This document shows, one piece after another, positions 14,370 through 28,042 of a stretch of 64,000 nucleotides of DNA; the stretch's first letter is position 1; each line of letters begins with the position of its first letter. The stretch comes from Vicugna vicugna (Eukaryota), in NCBI GenBank assembly GCA_013265495.1, contig MU058213.1, forward strand, positions 5,046,854-5,110,853, given 5' to 3'. The notes under the pieces are model-generated. The model was not told the DNA's origin, ran no database searches, and saw only the letters and a program-made list of their open reading frames with translations. The position numbers were made by a program, and so were the translations under genes.

Positions 14370-14795
14370 AGAGTGCTTTTGATAAACAGAAATGTTACTG
14401 TCATACTGGCTTCAACAATTAGGAAATTTGCTGCTTGGTAGAACCTGAGGTTCAGAAGTGGGGTGGGATCCAGGGTTAACATAGCAGCTCAGTCACCAAG
14501 GAGCCCAGTTCTCTGGGCCTCTTAGCACCACCATCCTCTGTGTCCCCTTCACCTCACACCGGCTCCCCTCCAACAGACGAGGCAATGCTCAGAGGAAGAT
14601 AAAGATAATGTCTCTCTTGTGTCCATATTTGTATATCTTAGCAGCTGACAGATTTCCCTCGTATGTTATTGGCCAGAGTTGGCTTCCACGCCTATTCCCA
14701 AACAAATCCTCAGCAAAGGCTAACGGGGTGACCATCACTGGCCCCAGCGAATAGAGAGAACATACCTGGGGATGGAATGGGTATTGAGTGAGAAA
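14370..14795 (-). mobile_element. MaLR (MLT1-type) LTR relic
   Basis: tactggcttcaacaattaggaaattt...cagctcagtcaccaaggagcccagttctct...cgtatgttattggccagagttgg is an MLT1-like pattern. Confidence 0.5.
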
Positions 14796-17700
14796 GTCAC
14801 AGGCACTATTTGAAACCTGTAGTTTCAGGTTGGTGCCCACTTCAGTGCCATGAATGCAGCTGGCTCTTAGCACATGGTTGACAGTAATGGCATCTGAGAT
14901 TTAGATTTTTACTACTCAACCTCCTGCTGCTGCTTTGAGGCTCCGCAACACCACAGTCTAGCTCAGCACAAGCACAGACCAATTTTGAGGATTCCATACT
15001 GTAAACTCGTGACACCTATCAATGCTACAGCACAAAAGGGGAAGTCGGGAGTGGCCCAAAGCCCTGCCCTGCAGTTTGGCAGGTCCCCCCAGGCTCTTGT
15101 CCACATCCCTTCCTGAAGTCAGAGCAGATGATTAGCGAAGAGCTGGCTTTCTCCATCCAGCTCATGCAGAGAGGGGATTCCTAAGCTGCATTCCTCTGGG
15201 CAGAGCTTTCTGCTTTCCGTGGCATCGAGTGCCCACGGGTTAAGCTGTGAGTATCGAATGAGGCCGAGACAGTATCGCCGTGGTCACTGGAATCATAAAA
15301 TCAAGTTATCCCGTCATTCCACTTTTCCTTCGAGGGGGAAAGAGTTTGGAACACACGGCCCATCAAGACCTTTCCTGTTTCTGATGTCTCTATCACAGAC
15401 TTGGCTCCAAAGGTTAAATGTTTTGGATTACAAAATGTACATTATATGGGGGTCTTCCTATAAATCAACAAGGCAGGTATGTTAAACACAGAAAAATATC
15501 TACAGCTGTTCTCTTACTCATCCTGCTTGTTATTTAACCCAGCCTGGGCCCTAAGGAACATTTTTAGTTGTACTGTCAACAGTTTCAAAACAAAGAAGAA
15601 ACTGCAACTGGCAAATGAGGAACCCAGCTGGCCCTCTGTTTAGGCTCCCACTGCATATACTTTAATCCTGACACCTGCAAGCTATTTAATCAGGATTTAC
15701 AATTGAACATGAAGGATGAGGGGTCCGCGGGGCTGTGTTCTTTGTGTTTGGATTGCAAATGATGGAGAAAAACTTTGTTATCGGATGTTGTAGTTATTTG
15801 AAGTTGGGTGCCCTCTAACCCACGGGGAACTCAGCATCATTTATCACTCCCCAGAAAAGGCTCAGCTCAGGCAGACGCTGCCCCTCACAGCCCAACATTC
15901 TATTTTTTGCTTCTCCCATATTCCAGAGTAAACAAACTTGGAATTTATGAACAATGAGAAAAATAATTTCCAGAGAGCATATGGCAAGAGTAAGTTCTAA
16001 GTGAAATAATAAAAGCCCAGTCTGGATTTAGACACAAGGCAAAAGGTAGATTAGAGCATTTGCTTGCAATCTGGCCAAGGCCTGCGGTACACAGAGGGTT
16101 CTCTGCTTACAAAATGTACCGACTTTCGTGGAAAAGGGCAGAGTCTTGAGCCAGAGGGAAAGTATGGCCATCTTGCCTCCCACACCAGATGTAAGTGAGA
16201 GCTACTTGGAAATGCAAACATCTCCCATGTAAGTGAAGAAAATGCACTCATTCTGGACTTAGAAAAATTGCTTTGGAAATAGCTCTTTAGAATGGAAACT
16301 TTCCATCAGTTGAGGGACTTCTGTAATAAAGTGACTGAAAGGAGCCCAGAAGAATGGCTGTGATCACTACACACTGAGTCCGCCCTGGATGGAGTGATTT
16401 GGAAGGGACAAAGAAGCAGAAGACAGGGGCCCTGCCCTCATCGAGCTGCCAGTCTACTTCAGGGAAGAAGAAGATCCCAGTTGAGACAGTAAGAAAACAG
16501 GACAGGACAGCATGCAATACACAGTTTCAGAGGCAGCACTATCACTGTCCCCTGGAGTAGCCAAAGAACGTTTTCCGAAGAACTTAGAGCTTGAGTTGAA
16601 GACCCAAGAGGCTGAGACAATGGCTCTCAATATATTTTAGTACAAAGAGCCCCAAATGATAGTCCCTGGATATTTACATCGAAAATCTATTAATTGAGAA
16701 GTACTGAACAAAAAGTTGCTATGAATTCAATACCACTGAAAACTGTGTGTGTATTTTTTGCTACAGCAGTATCTACAGGCATTTGAAAAACAGTACAAAT
16801 AAATGTGCTATATTCTCCCAGTCTATGTACAAGGTATGGCTTCCACATGGCTTCCTATCTGTTCCTTGTAACAGCGCTGCTGTTTCACCCCAGGCATCTG
16901 TCTGAAGTCTCCAGGCTAGTAAACACTGGCTTAGAGCAATAGGTTTGAATGCATGTGAAACTGCCCTCAGAGCAAGTGCCTCATAAATTGGGCAGGTGGT
17001 CCTGTTGATACTTCGGGAGCAGTGGCCAAAGAGCACTGGTGCTTGGTTGTGGCTTTAGTGGCAACTTTCCTTCAACATCTCTACCAGCAGTTCAGCACCT
17101 TGAGTGATTCCTTTCTCATCTCCCTGTTGCAAGATGCTCAGGTTAGTGAGTGGCATAAGTTTACAGGAATCTAGAGTCAAGGTTGGGAATGATGGACCAC
17201 ATCACTGACTGCCTTCCACTGAACCTGGACCAGCTTACACGGAAAATTCCACTGTCAAGAACCCATGTCTTTTAAAGACCACCAGAGAACTAGGTTTAAA
17301 GGTATCTCTCAGATACTCCAAGTCCAATGAATAAAGAAGACAGTTTTTTTCTTAATGCTCAAGTAACATAGGCTTGCTTTTTTTCATAAACATTCAAAAT
17401 ACAGGAAAACACAGACAAAAACTCAGCCAGTATTCTGTTGTGATCATTTTGGCATGCATCTTTCTGTTTTTTTTTTAATGCATGCATGCATACATGTATA
17501 TAAATACTTTTTACAAAACTAGAATCATTCTGTACACATCATTTTATAATCTGATTTCTTTCATTTAGTATATTGAGTTTAGTTCCCTTGTCCATACATG
17601 TTTTCTAAATCCCAGTTTTTAATGATTGCATAATATTTGATCACATGGCTTTTCTATCCATTTTTTAATCAACCTTTTTGTTACACATTTAGGTTGTTCC

Positions 17701-18279
17701 CAGCTTTTCTAAATCTTAGATAGTGTAGTGATGAACATATTTTTAAAAATCTTTATGCTTATTGCTAAGAAAATGCAATTTCGATCTGATCAAAATATCT
17801 TGAAGTCTATGGTCTAGTCCCAGATTTTACCACCTCATTTTGGCTTGCGACCAGTTTTGTATTCGGTTTGGGATCTCGGCATTTAGCCATTGGCCAAAGT
17901 CCACAGAATACGAGGCGATGAGGTGGATTCTTCCCAGATGAGTTGAAAGCGTCAGAAGAACAAGCCTCATCCTCATCCTTCTCTTCTGGGAGGCTGAAGA
18001 GACAGGGCACCACCCAACACATAAGCGGTAGGTGGAGGAGGAATTCGGATGTAGAAACTCCCTGCTTGGACAGCGAGAACGCTCAGGGTGGGACTCAGCA
18101 CTTCAGCTCTTGCTTGGAGAAGGAAGTGTGGGCTGGGTCACCACTGAAGGGTCCATTCCTACCCAGGGGCAGTGGGATTGGAGCCTCCAGAAGTGATGGT
18201 GCTTTTCTTACTTCCTTGTCTTTCTTCTATGGTTTTCCTCACTGCAGAGCTGACATTTTAGGGTTGGCTGAATAGTAGT

Positions 18280-18669
18280 GGGGGCTCCTGCAATGGGGTT
18301 TTGCAAGAGGGAGAAAGATAGGGAGAAAGAAGGGGCCAACTCGGAATACACCAAGGAAGAGTGGGGATTTAGAGCCAAGGAGCAGGGTTGAGGGTCGGTG
18401 GATGAAAAATTACTGAGATGTAGGGTAGTTCTTTGCTCAAATGACCTTCCAAGATTTTTGCTAAAGGCAGACCAGCATGGTAAGATATCCCGGTGGGGGC
18501 TGATGAATTTGGACAGTTATCAAAGATGATCAGAACAAGAGTGGGGCATTTATACTAAATGAATATAGCAAGCTTCTTGCTAAAACTGGAATAAGCTGGC
18601 CAAGGACAGAGCCCAAGGTCAGAGCCTAGTCAGAGGAGCCAAGTTTGGTCAAGAAGAGTGTCTCTGTCA
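18280..18669 (-). mobile_element. Old ERVL-class LTR fragment (MER74-like)
   Basis: Repeated ttgctaaa motifs, gtggggatttagagccaaggagcaggg and terminal ctctgtca; family recalled from memory. Confidence 0.5.
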
Positions 18670-20577
18670 GCATCTGTCTTCTGAATTGTCAAACCTCTTA
18701 TCCTGTGAAGTATTTTAGTTTAGTTTTTCCCTCAGGGAAACAGCGTGAAGTTCAACTTTTAGGGAGAGATTTCCATGTGATGCTTTCCAGTCCCCATTTC
18801 TTTCTATTTCCCTGCCGGGCTCTCTCCACTCCTCATCCCATCACTTCTTCCCGTCCTCCCACCTCCCCTTCCTGTGCCCTCTGACCTGCACCCCCAGCCC
18901 CTCACACCCATTTCCCTTCCCTTACACACTTGAGGGCAGACGTCGTGGAGGCACGCGCTCACTCTGTCACAGCGCCGCTTCTCTCTGGCACCTCTGGTGG
19001 ATGGAAGCCTCAGCACCTGATTAGGTCATGGATCTCAAAGCAGCTTCCACCCCTGTGCAGTCTTCCCTCTTCAGCTTACATATCCAACCCGTTCACTGAG
19101 TCTCTGCCTCCCACTTAGAATAGGTTATTCTCACTACATTATAGGATCAGATGTAGTAAGACCGTTTGTGTATGAAAGGGTACTTTGAGGGTAAAAGGAG
19201 GTACTGCTATTAATTACACCAGGACAACAGCATAAGTTGAGACTGTGCCCAGTAAACCCAGATACACGATTACTTTAACTTAATTTTGCCCTTACTTGCA
19301 TTCCCAATCTCTGCAAGTTTTCTGTCAGAGTCAAGAATAGATTATAACCCTTGGAATTTGAAATTTTGATCAATTAGTTAAAGAAGCTGGGCAAAATCAG
19401 GCTAGCATTGTGCTGTCAAACAAACAACATAATACAGAGACTTGTAGGAGAAAAATCTGGGAACCATGATTATATAGTGATTTAAGCAGATGGTCAAAGG
19501 ACTTTCAGCCTTCAATGCTTTATTATTATTTAAGTTTACTAAATTTTTTCTACTTACATTCCAGATTTTTTTTTCTCTTTGGTTGGTCTGTTGCCCAAAT
19601 ATATATGATCTTATAATAATTTCCTTCAACTACTATCATGATTGAGGTATATTTATGGAAACTGGCCATTGATGGACAGAAATTATTTAGAACCATTCGA
19701 AATAAATGGGACTATGGTAACCCTGCCTTGAGACAAATAATATTAGAGAAACAACTATTTTCAAGATGATATTAGCTTCTTACATCTTGCTTTCAAAAAA
19801 ATGCCTTCCACTCTTCAAGCATCTTCTAAAATATTTGTTTTACTCTTTTTTAGCTTGATATTTGCATGCTGAGAACTGTTTCAATATATTCATCTAGCCC
19901 ATAATTAGGCAGTCTAAATACATCAAAAACTGCAGAAAAAAGGAAAAATTACCCCCCCAAAGTGTACCAGACCAAGTTTGTCAACCAAAAAAAAAAAAAA
20001 GAGGAACCCCTATGTTGTAACATTCTTTCAGAGAAAAGAAAATATGAAACATTTGAAAATTCATTAAAAATTCAACACAATTCTAATATAAAAATTTGAC
20101 AAAGATAACATTAAAAAATCTATAGCCCAATCTCTCATGTTAATAAACATGCGAAAATCCTACCTAGTAGTATTAAAATAATATACAGAGTTTATGTTAC
20201 CCAAGAACTCACGGTGGTTTGCACAGGGGAAATCCAGGAATGTAAATTAAACAGTAATAGGTCAAACAAACGTCACATTATTATCTCTATACATTATCAA
20301 AAGGCCTAAGACTCAATATCTTCCCTTACTTAAACCTTACAATAAACTCAGCATAGAATGATATGGAATACAACCTCAAAATAACAGAGACACACAGGCA
20401 CCCCTCTTCCAAATCAACAACGAGACACCAGAGACAATCTCTTTAAAGGAGGAAATAGATAATACTGTAACCGCTTTCTATATAACATATTGCTGAAGTT
20501 CTAGACATACTCTAAAAGCGTTCAAGTAGAAAAAGCAGGTATTGTTATTTGCAAATGATACAATTATTTATTTAGAT

Positions 20578-20788
20578 AAGGGGCTGGTGAACTATGGCCC
20601 AAGGGCCAAATCTAACCAGTGGATTGCTTTTGTCAATAAAACTATATTGGAACATAAGCATGCCCTTTCATTTACATACTGTCTAATGACAACAGCACAG
20701 TTGAATAGTTGTGACAGAGACCATATGGCTCACAAAGTCTAGAAAATTCACTGTCTGAACCTTTACAGAAAAAGCTTGAGTACCCCCC
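20578..20788 (+). mobile_element. MER58A hAT-Charlie MITE
   Basis: ggggctggtgaactatggcccaagggccaaatc...gttgtgacagagaccatatggctcacaaag...ctttacagaaaaagcttg matches the recalled MER58A consensus. Confidence 0.85.
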
Positions 20789-21159
20789 CAAAATCAATTA
20801 ATATGCTGAAGATAGCTGTGTAATCAATAAGTTCCATAATATAGAAGAAAAAAATCCCACAAAAATAACATATTTAAACAGAATAGGCAGACTCTATATG
20901 AAGAAAATCACTCAATTTTAGTGAAGACTAGAAAAGAGAATGTAAACAAGTAGAGAAAATAGTATGTTTTTGAATTGGAAGACTGAATAGCATGAATCAT
21001 AATCCTTCCCACATTAATTTTATAAGTTTAATGCAATTTCAATAAGATATCATTAGGGCGTGGGGTGGCAAAATGATTCTTAATGTTCAAGAGTGGTAAA
21101 AAAAATTTGGCTTTTGGATATATGGACTCTCACATATATAATGCCAGACATCGTACAAG

Positions 21160-21510
21160 TTCATTTCTCATCCCCATAAAGCATTTGAGGTGCACCAGCA
21201 GCTACCTTCCAGAAAGAGAGAGGTTCAGAGGCCCAGGTTCCTTCCACCTCACCACAGGCCTCTGAGCTTGTTCTGGGGATCCTCTCAATCCCAGGCAGGT
21301 GAGAAGGGAAAAGAGCTCACAGGTCCGCTTATGTGAGATTTTATTTTTATAGTCCATTCTGGAAGTGCCATATGTCACTTCCCTCACCCTCCATCAGTCA
21401 TATGACAACAACTAACTCCGAGGGAATCTGGGAAATGGAGTCTAGTTGTCTGTCCTGAGGTAATCAAAAAAAGAGTTGGGTAAATAGTTCGCAAAGTTCA
21501 TCATAGCACC
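21160..21510 (-). mobile_element. MaLR (MLT1-type) LTR relic
   Basis: ggcccaggttccttccacct...ggaagtgccatatgtcacttccctcac...agggaatctgggaaatggagtct. Confidence 0.55.
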
Positions 21511-22524
21511 AGATGGGGAAATCCAGAAACAGACCACAGCATATGTCAGAATTTATAATGTGATAAATGTGGCATTTCAAATCAGTGAGGAAATTACACT
21601 CAATTAACAGAGCTGGGACAATTATTGCTTATATCTTTACCTCACACTGCACAATAAATTCCAGATGTACTACATTTAAGTAGAGACAAAAAAATGAAAC
21701 CCTTAAAAAACCAAGGTAAATATAGTTTAATATTTTGGTGGGAAAGGCCTTTCTAAGTATAAAAAGGAAGAAATCATAACGGAAAATCGATAGTTTGAGT
21801 ATTTAGACGTTAGCAAGTTCTGTATGTTGAAATTAGAACAAATTAGAAAGGCAAATGGCAAAAGAAAATATTTCTGCTGGACAGCCGAAAGGTTCATATG
21901 CTTAAAGTTCCTAATACCAATGAGAGAAAGATGCATTCTTCAACTGAAAAATAGGAACTGAGATTAAGATGTAGATGGCCAGGAAACGTAAAAGATAAAC
22001 CTCGGTAACCGTCAGGATGGCTTAGGAGTGGTATAAACTTGCGAAGCCTCTCTGAGCCCCAGTTTCTCCACCTATGAAGTTAGAATAATCATAAAAAACT
22101 CTCCTTGGGGTTCTGCTTCCTTAAACAAGGTAATCCCTGTAAAGCATGCAGTAAACACTTACAGTCGATGGCTTACATTTGTTAAGTGCTCGTGTTATAT
22201 TTAAGTGAAAAAGGAAAGATTCAGAATGTATACTCAGTTTGATGTCATTAAACACACACACACAGAAGAAACACACCAGGATTTTAGCAGCCACTGTCTC
22301 CTGGTTGTGGCCTTAGGATTAAGTGTTATTTTCTCCTTCACAGTTTTGCATTTTGTAAAATTTCCACAAGAAGCGTGTATTGTTATTTCTATAATTAAAA
22401 AAATAAGTGCTCATCTTTGAGTAATTATTGAGTGACCCCCAAATGGTTTCTTGAATTTGTCTGGGACTGATTAGTTTCTGAAACCAGAATCCATTTTCAA
22501 AGCCACTATCTAGAGCCCTGAGCA

Positions 22525-22555
22525 GGGGGTTGGGGTTGGGGTTGGGGGTGGGGGG
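22525..22555 (+). repeat. (GGGGTT)n-like G-rich repeat, potential G-quadruplex
   Basis: gggggttggggttggggttgggggtgggggg: five runs of 4 or more G with 1-2 nt loops. Confidence 0.85.
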
Positions 22556-22849
22556 ACAGGAATCACCAAATAAACTTTGCTTCAGTTTCAGCCTAACAAC
22601 AGCACCTCTTTTTGGCTTGTCCAAATGAAGTGTGAAATCAGTCCCCAGGAAGGATTCAGAATGTAACAGACCGCAGGTCAGAGAGGGCAGAACGACAGCA
22701 CGAAGGGCACGGTGGGGCCTCTAGGACCACCGGTGCGGGCGCCTCCTCCCCTCCGTCCTGGTGCTCCTCCCGGCCCTGTGTCCAGGTTTCTCCCCCTCAG
22801 CAATTCCCTTCCTTGTCTTTCCTCCTCCTTTGTGGGTCTCCCTTGCCCA

Positions 22850-22997
22850 CTGAGCCTGTTTCTTGGGAAAGTTACTTAACCCGAGTCTCAGTCTCCTCAT
22901 CTGCAAAATGAGGTGAATAACACCTTCCTAGTGGGAGTCTTTTGCATAGAAAGCACTGAGTACAGTGCCTGACACAGAGCGGGTGTTCAATAAATGG
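22850..22997 (+). mobile_element. MIR SINE
   Basis: ttgggaaagttacttaacccgagtctcagtctcctcatctgcaaaatgagg...acagtgcctgacacagagcgggtgttcaataaatg. Confidence 0.8.
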
Positions 22998-24894
22998 ACA
23001 TTGTTGTCATTCTCCAAATGGCCATAGGGCTCATTCTTAAAATATCACCACATAGTGTCACATACTCACTTTTTCTACCTTGTTTCTGGAGTGGGGAGTG
23101 GAGGAGGGGCCCTGGGGCTTGGGAGAAGCCCACCTTTGCCCACACCTGGACAGGTCATTTCTAAATAGCTTCAAGTCAACAAGTTTTCACTGCACATTAT
23201 TATAGCTTGTCCCTGAGATCAACAGCTTAGCAGCCTGTCATTAAGAAGTCTACTCGCAGTAGATTCCTATTGTTCTAAAAATGTTCTCCTGGCTTTTCAC
23301 TGCCCAGGGAGTGACGGATGCTCTGGGGAGCAGGCAGCCTCCAGTGGGCCATGCATCCCTCTGCTTCTCCAGGTCGGCCCCTGGGTGGCTGGAGAGATGG
23401 GGTGAGGGCAGCCTGGCCCAGTTCCCAGCTGTCTGTCACGGGCGGTAGTCTGCCCAAGCATGGAGTTTCCTTAGCAGACCCACTGCTTCATCCTCTGACC
23501 TGGACTCTGCCAGCAACAAAGGTGATCTCTTGGTTTCTAGCGGCCCTGCGCTTTATTTTCAGCTTATTTCAGAACTTGAATAGGGAAGACCTTCTCTATG
23601 ATCCCAACAGATCTGATGTTAAAAAATCCGCTGGGCTCATCAGATGCTTTTTCAGACACAGAGACTAAACTTGGCAGTACTTTTAAATACCCAACAGAAA
23701 ACCCTCCTACACGTATGGAAGGGGACCTGGATGAGCATTTTTATGGCAGGGTTGAAAAATTGGAAACTGCCTACATTTTTAATCAATAGGGGATGAATAA
23801 ATGACATGTATCTTTATTTACTTTTATTCTATTTACTGGATGGAATACATGCAGTGGTTAAAAAAGATCAACTATATTTCGATATGAATATACATCAAAA
23901 TCATGATGTTGGAAAAAAAGGGAAGTCATCCCAGGTGGTAATATTTATATAAATGAAAACACACACACACACACACAAAGAATGCTATGTATTATTTGTG
24001 GATATGTGTGTGAGAGAGAACTAAAGAATTTACGTCAAAACGGATGGTGAGTAAGGTAACTGGTTCAGCAGAGAGAGAGAAGGAAATAGGATTTAGTTGG
24101 TCCAAAAGGATTTTGTCTGCACTCTTTCACTTCCAAAGGGAATTTAAGCACATGCTGAACAATTTTGACAAGACATACCCACAGGGAGAAAGCTCGGCAG
24201 CAAATACGATAGCTCGCCGATAGGTGTTAACCCTGTATGGGGAAATCAGTGTGCTGGATTAGTCATTGTACTTTTCTGCAAATAAACCTTTTCCAAAACA
24301 GACAGGATCAAATAAGGTGAGGGATGCTCTGGCAGGAATCTTCCAGAGCTAGGAAGCGCAGAGGCCGGGCGGTGACAGCTGGGAGACTGTCCTGTGGCAG
24401 GAGCAGAAGCCGGGCCAGATGGAGGCCACATTCAAACTGGTCAGAAGAGACCTGGGGCTGAAAGAGCTGAGGAAGCCAGTGCAGAGGGAGGACCACAGCA
24501 GAGGGACTGGGACCAGAGGAAGGACATCTGGCCCACAGGAGAGGGGAGGTCGTGGTCAAGCCTGGAGCGCTCTCCATTCCTGACCTCCTTAATTCCATTT
24601 CAGTCCATATTTTTAAAATAAACCCCTTTTGTCTGGTGGTAGCCGAAGTACAACGAAACAAGCTGTGCTTAGCTGCTGCTTCCGCGCTCCAAGTTCTCTT
24701 AAAAGAAAAACTCAAGATCCCACATTTACTCATGTCTCCCAATATTTCTGTGTCCCCAGCCTTTCTGACCCTGAGAAGGATGAACTGATGTGACCACAAA
24801 TGCTACAGCATCGATGGGCTCTCCTTCTTCCTAGACTTTTTTTTGGTTACCATACCAAAGGTATTATTATTGACTATGTTTTTAAAGATAAACA

Positions 24895-25380
24895 TTTAAT
24901 CAATTAAACAATTTAAAACAGTTTTAGATTTACAGAAAAAAATGGCAAAGATATGACTAGAGAGTTCCTGTACATCCCCCGCCCACTTTTCCCTTTTATT
25001 AACCTCTTATGTATGAAGGGTGCTTTTGTTACAGTCAAAGAGCCAACACTGATGCATCATTATGAACCAAAGTCCATAGTTTATTCAAATTCCTTTAGAT
25101 TTGAATGTTCTTTTTTGTTGCAGGATCCCATGTTATAATTGCTTGTCGTGATACCCGCTCTTGGCTGTGACAGTTTCTCATTTTCATCGTCTTTGTTGCC
25201 CTTGACAGTTGGGAGGAGTATCGGTAAGGTATTTTGTAAGAAGCCGACTGGGATTTGTCTGATGTTCTTCATTATTAGACTGGGGTTAGATGTTCCTGAG
25301 AATAAGGCCACAGAGCGAACGTGCCTCTCATCCCATTCTGTCAGCATGGCTTGTCACTGCTGATGTGGGCCTTGAGTACC
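24895..25380 (-). mobile_element. L1MC-like 3' UTR fragment
   Basis: cagttttagatttacagaaaaa...gccaacactgatgcatcattat...gggatttgtctgatgttcttcattattagactggggtta. Confidence 0.75.
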
Positions 25381-26412
25381 CGTATGTGGCAGATCACATT
25401 TACAAAGTTGTTCTAGGTACTGTCTTGACCCAAGGAGGTGACTACAATGGAGGGCAGGAGTGGTCTCAAGTGCAGAGCACACCAGGCAGGCTGCCTTGGT
25501 CACCCTTGCAGAAAGGCCTGGCTCGGTGTATGGCTCGGTTTTGCCTGGCTCAGTCTATACCCCAGTTTCGCAAGTCTCCTCAGACAGGAGTGGAGGCGTG
25601 TGTACTCCCTGAGCTCCCAGCTCTGCTCACCAGAGGCTCCAAGCCAGGAGAGGGACACTTCCTCAGATTAGTGGCAGTTCCTGGAGCACAGAGGAAACCA
25701 CTAGTGGAAACCAGATTCTCCTTTCCCAAGCAGTGGGGAGGGGTATCTCAAGAGCATTAGTCTTCACGTTAATAAATATTTAAAGAAAAGAGCAAACTTC
25801 ATTTCCTCTAGCTGATAAGGCTCAAGGAAGTATCTGGGCTCTCGTTACTTTACGGCAATCCTTCAGTGCATCCTAGCTGACTCCCCACCACAGACCCTGC
25901 AGCTGCTGTTCCGAAGTCTTTCTAGCTTTTTATCCACCCTCTGTAGGCTGTGACACTCAGGTCCAGTTTTCTCCTTCTTGCAACTGTCTCCTCCTCTGAT
26001 TTCTGGAATATTGTGCTCTCCTGGCTCTCCACTACTTCTGTGACTTCTTTCTAATAACCCTTCACCCTCTGCCCTTCCTGCCCACATCACCTGGCCTTTT
26101 CTCTCCTACACTCGCTTCTCGTCCTTGGGTCCCTGTTTCTGTGAATGGCAGCATCCTCTAGAACACAAAGGAGGAAACCTCAGCAGCATCTTCAACTTCT
26201 TTCTCCCTTTATGAGATCTTTAAATTAGGAGCAGCCAAGTCAAGTAACTTCGGCTTCCCAAGATGTCACTACGCACCTATGACCCTTGCTCTAGCTCAGG
26301 CCCTCACGCTTTCTTGTCTGAAATCCTGCCTGGACTTACTGTTGATTGTCACCTCTGAATTGGCCCTACTTCTGACCCCATTCCAGTGCCTCCCATCTAA
26401 CCTTTTCTTTAT

Positions 26413-27198
26413 GTTTTTGGGGGTTTTTTTGAGGGGTAGTCAGTTTATGATGTTGTGTCAATTTCTGTGTACAGCATAATGCTATAGCCTTATATATATA
26501 TATTCCTTTTCATATTCTTTTATAGGTCACTACAAGATATTGAATATAGTTCTCTGTGCTACACAGAAGAAACTTTTTATTTTATATATAGTAGTTAGTA
26601 TCTGCAAATCTCAAACTTCCAATTTATCCCTCCCCACCCCCTTTCCCCCTGGTAACCATAAGTTTGTTTTCTATGTCTCTGAGTCTGTTTTGTAAATATG
26701 TTCATTTGTGCCTTTTTTAAAGATTCCACATATGAGTGATATTATATGGTTATTTTTCTTTCTCTTTCTGGCTTACTTCACCTAGTATAACAATCTCCAG
26801 ATCCACCCATGTTGCTGCACATGGCATTATTTTATTCTTTTTTATGGCTGAGTAGTACTTCATTGTATAAATATACCAGTCATCTGTCAATGGACATTTA
26901 GGTTGTTTCTATGTCTTGGCTATTGTAAATAGTGCTATGAACATCGTGGTGCATGCATCTTTTCAAATTAAGAGTTTCCTCTGGATATATGCCCAGGAGT
27001 AGATATATGTTGGATCATATGGTAAGTCTATTTTTAGTTTTTTGAGGAATCTTCATACCATTTTTCATAATGGCTGCACCAACCTACATTCCCACCAACA
27101 GTGTAGGAGGGTTCCCTTTCCACCACACTCTCTCCAGCATTTATTGTTTGTGGACTTTTTAATAATGGTCATTCTGATGGGCGTGAGGTGATACCTCA
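26413..27198 (-). mobile_element. 5'-truncated lineage-specific L1 (ORF2 C-terminus + 3' UTR)
   Basis: Minus-strand peptide [44 protein letters not shown] is the ORF2 Cys-rich domain. The 3' UTR is homologous to 55384-56149. Candidate TSD tttctttat at 26404-26412 / 27199-27207. Confidence 0.93.
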
Positions 27199-27549
27199 TT
27201 TCTTTATATTGTTCTGATTGTGATACATTGTTGCTTAGAAAGTCCATTTGCCTTCTGTTGTCTCTGGAATAAAGCACAAACTTCTAAGGAAGAATTCAAG
27301 GCCTTCCTCAAATGTCACAACCAAACTTCCTGGCCTTACCTCCCAACACAGGACCACTGCTTGTACTTGGGCCACTTCCTGTCCTCCCCTGCCTAGCTGC
27401 CCCTGCTTCCACATGGACTTTCCCCTGCCCATCATTCACTTCTTCATGAGGAAATCTTACCAAGTCTTCATGCTTTGTATAAATGTCACTTTTCCTGTGA
27501 ATTCTTCCCTGATCCCTTATCTTTGTGCTCTATTTCAGTAAGGATATCA

Positions 27550-27930
27550 CCATGCTCTGCTGTATTAATAAGTAAACCCTGAAACTCAGGGTCTTAACCC
27601 AATTATTCTCACATTGCAGTCTGATGTGGACCAAGCAGCTCTCCTTGGTAGCTCTTCTCCAACAGTGACTCAGGTATCCCAGCTGATTCCATCCACCAAC
27701 TCTGCCATCTCAGAACTGTCAGCTTCCAATGGTGAGGATGAGAAAAAGAAGGTCTGGAGAATGCATACCCACTCTTAACTGTCTCAAAATGGAAGCAACC
27801 CATCACTTCCCCTCACTTTCTGCTTGGACAGAGCTCAATCATAAAGTTTCCAATGGCCTACAGGGGAAGCTGGAAAACGTAGGGAAGCAAGTGAACATTT
27901 GGTCAACGCCGCTCCACCATTGGCATCTCT
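27550..27930 (-). mobile_element. MaLR (MLT1-type) LTR relic
   Basis: aaccctgaaactcagggtcttaa...cagtgactcaggtatcccagctgattccatc...ggggaagctggaaaacgtagg. Confidence 0.6.
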
Positions 27931-27934
27931 AGCA

Positions 27935-28042
27935 AGGGTGACCGCCTAGTTTTCCTGGCACTGTCTGGGTTTTAGCACTGACAAGTCTTGCATCCTAGGG
28001 AAACCCTCAGTCCTGGGCAAACCGAGAAGGCTGGGCATCCTC
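27935..28042. mobile_element. MER81-like hAT-Blackjack MITE
   Basis: Terminal inverted pattern agggtgacc...ggcatcct; internal tcctggcactgtctgggttttagcactga and cagtcctgggcaaaccg. Confidence 0.65.

Larger units (their letters stand above)
19900..21990 (+). mobile_element. Highly decayed L1 (L1ME-like) ORF2 region, interrupted by MER58A and an MLT1 LTR
   Basis: A-rich strand; RT motif remnant LLFANDTIIYL (cf. LFADDMIVYL) at ~20540-20575; ttggaagactgaat...ttaatgcaatttcaata ORF2-like blocks. Confidence 0.7.

Noticed and set aside
20542..20742. ORF beginning with an RT-like motif (LFANDTIIYL)
   Set aside because: Decayed L1 RT motif with the catalytic DD lost, running into a MER58A insertion; not a functional RT.
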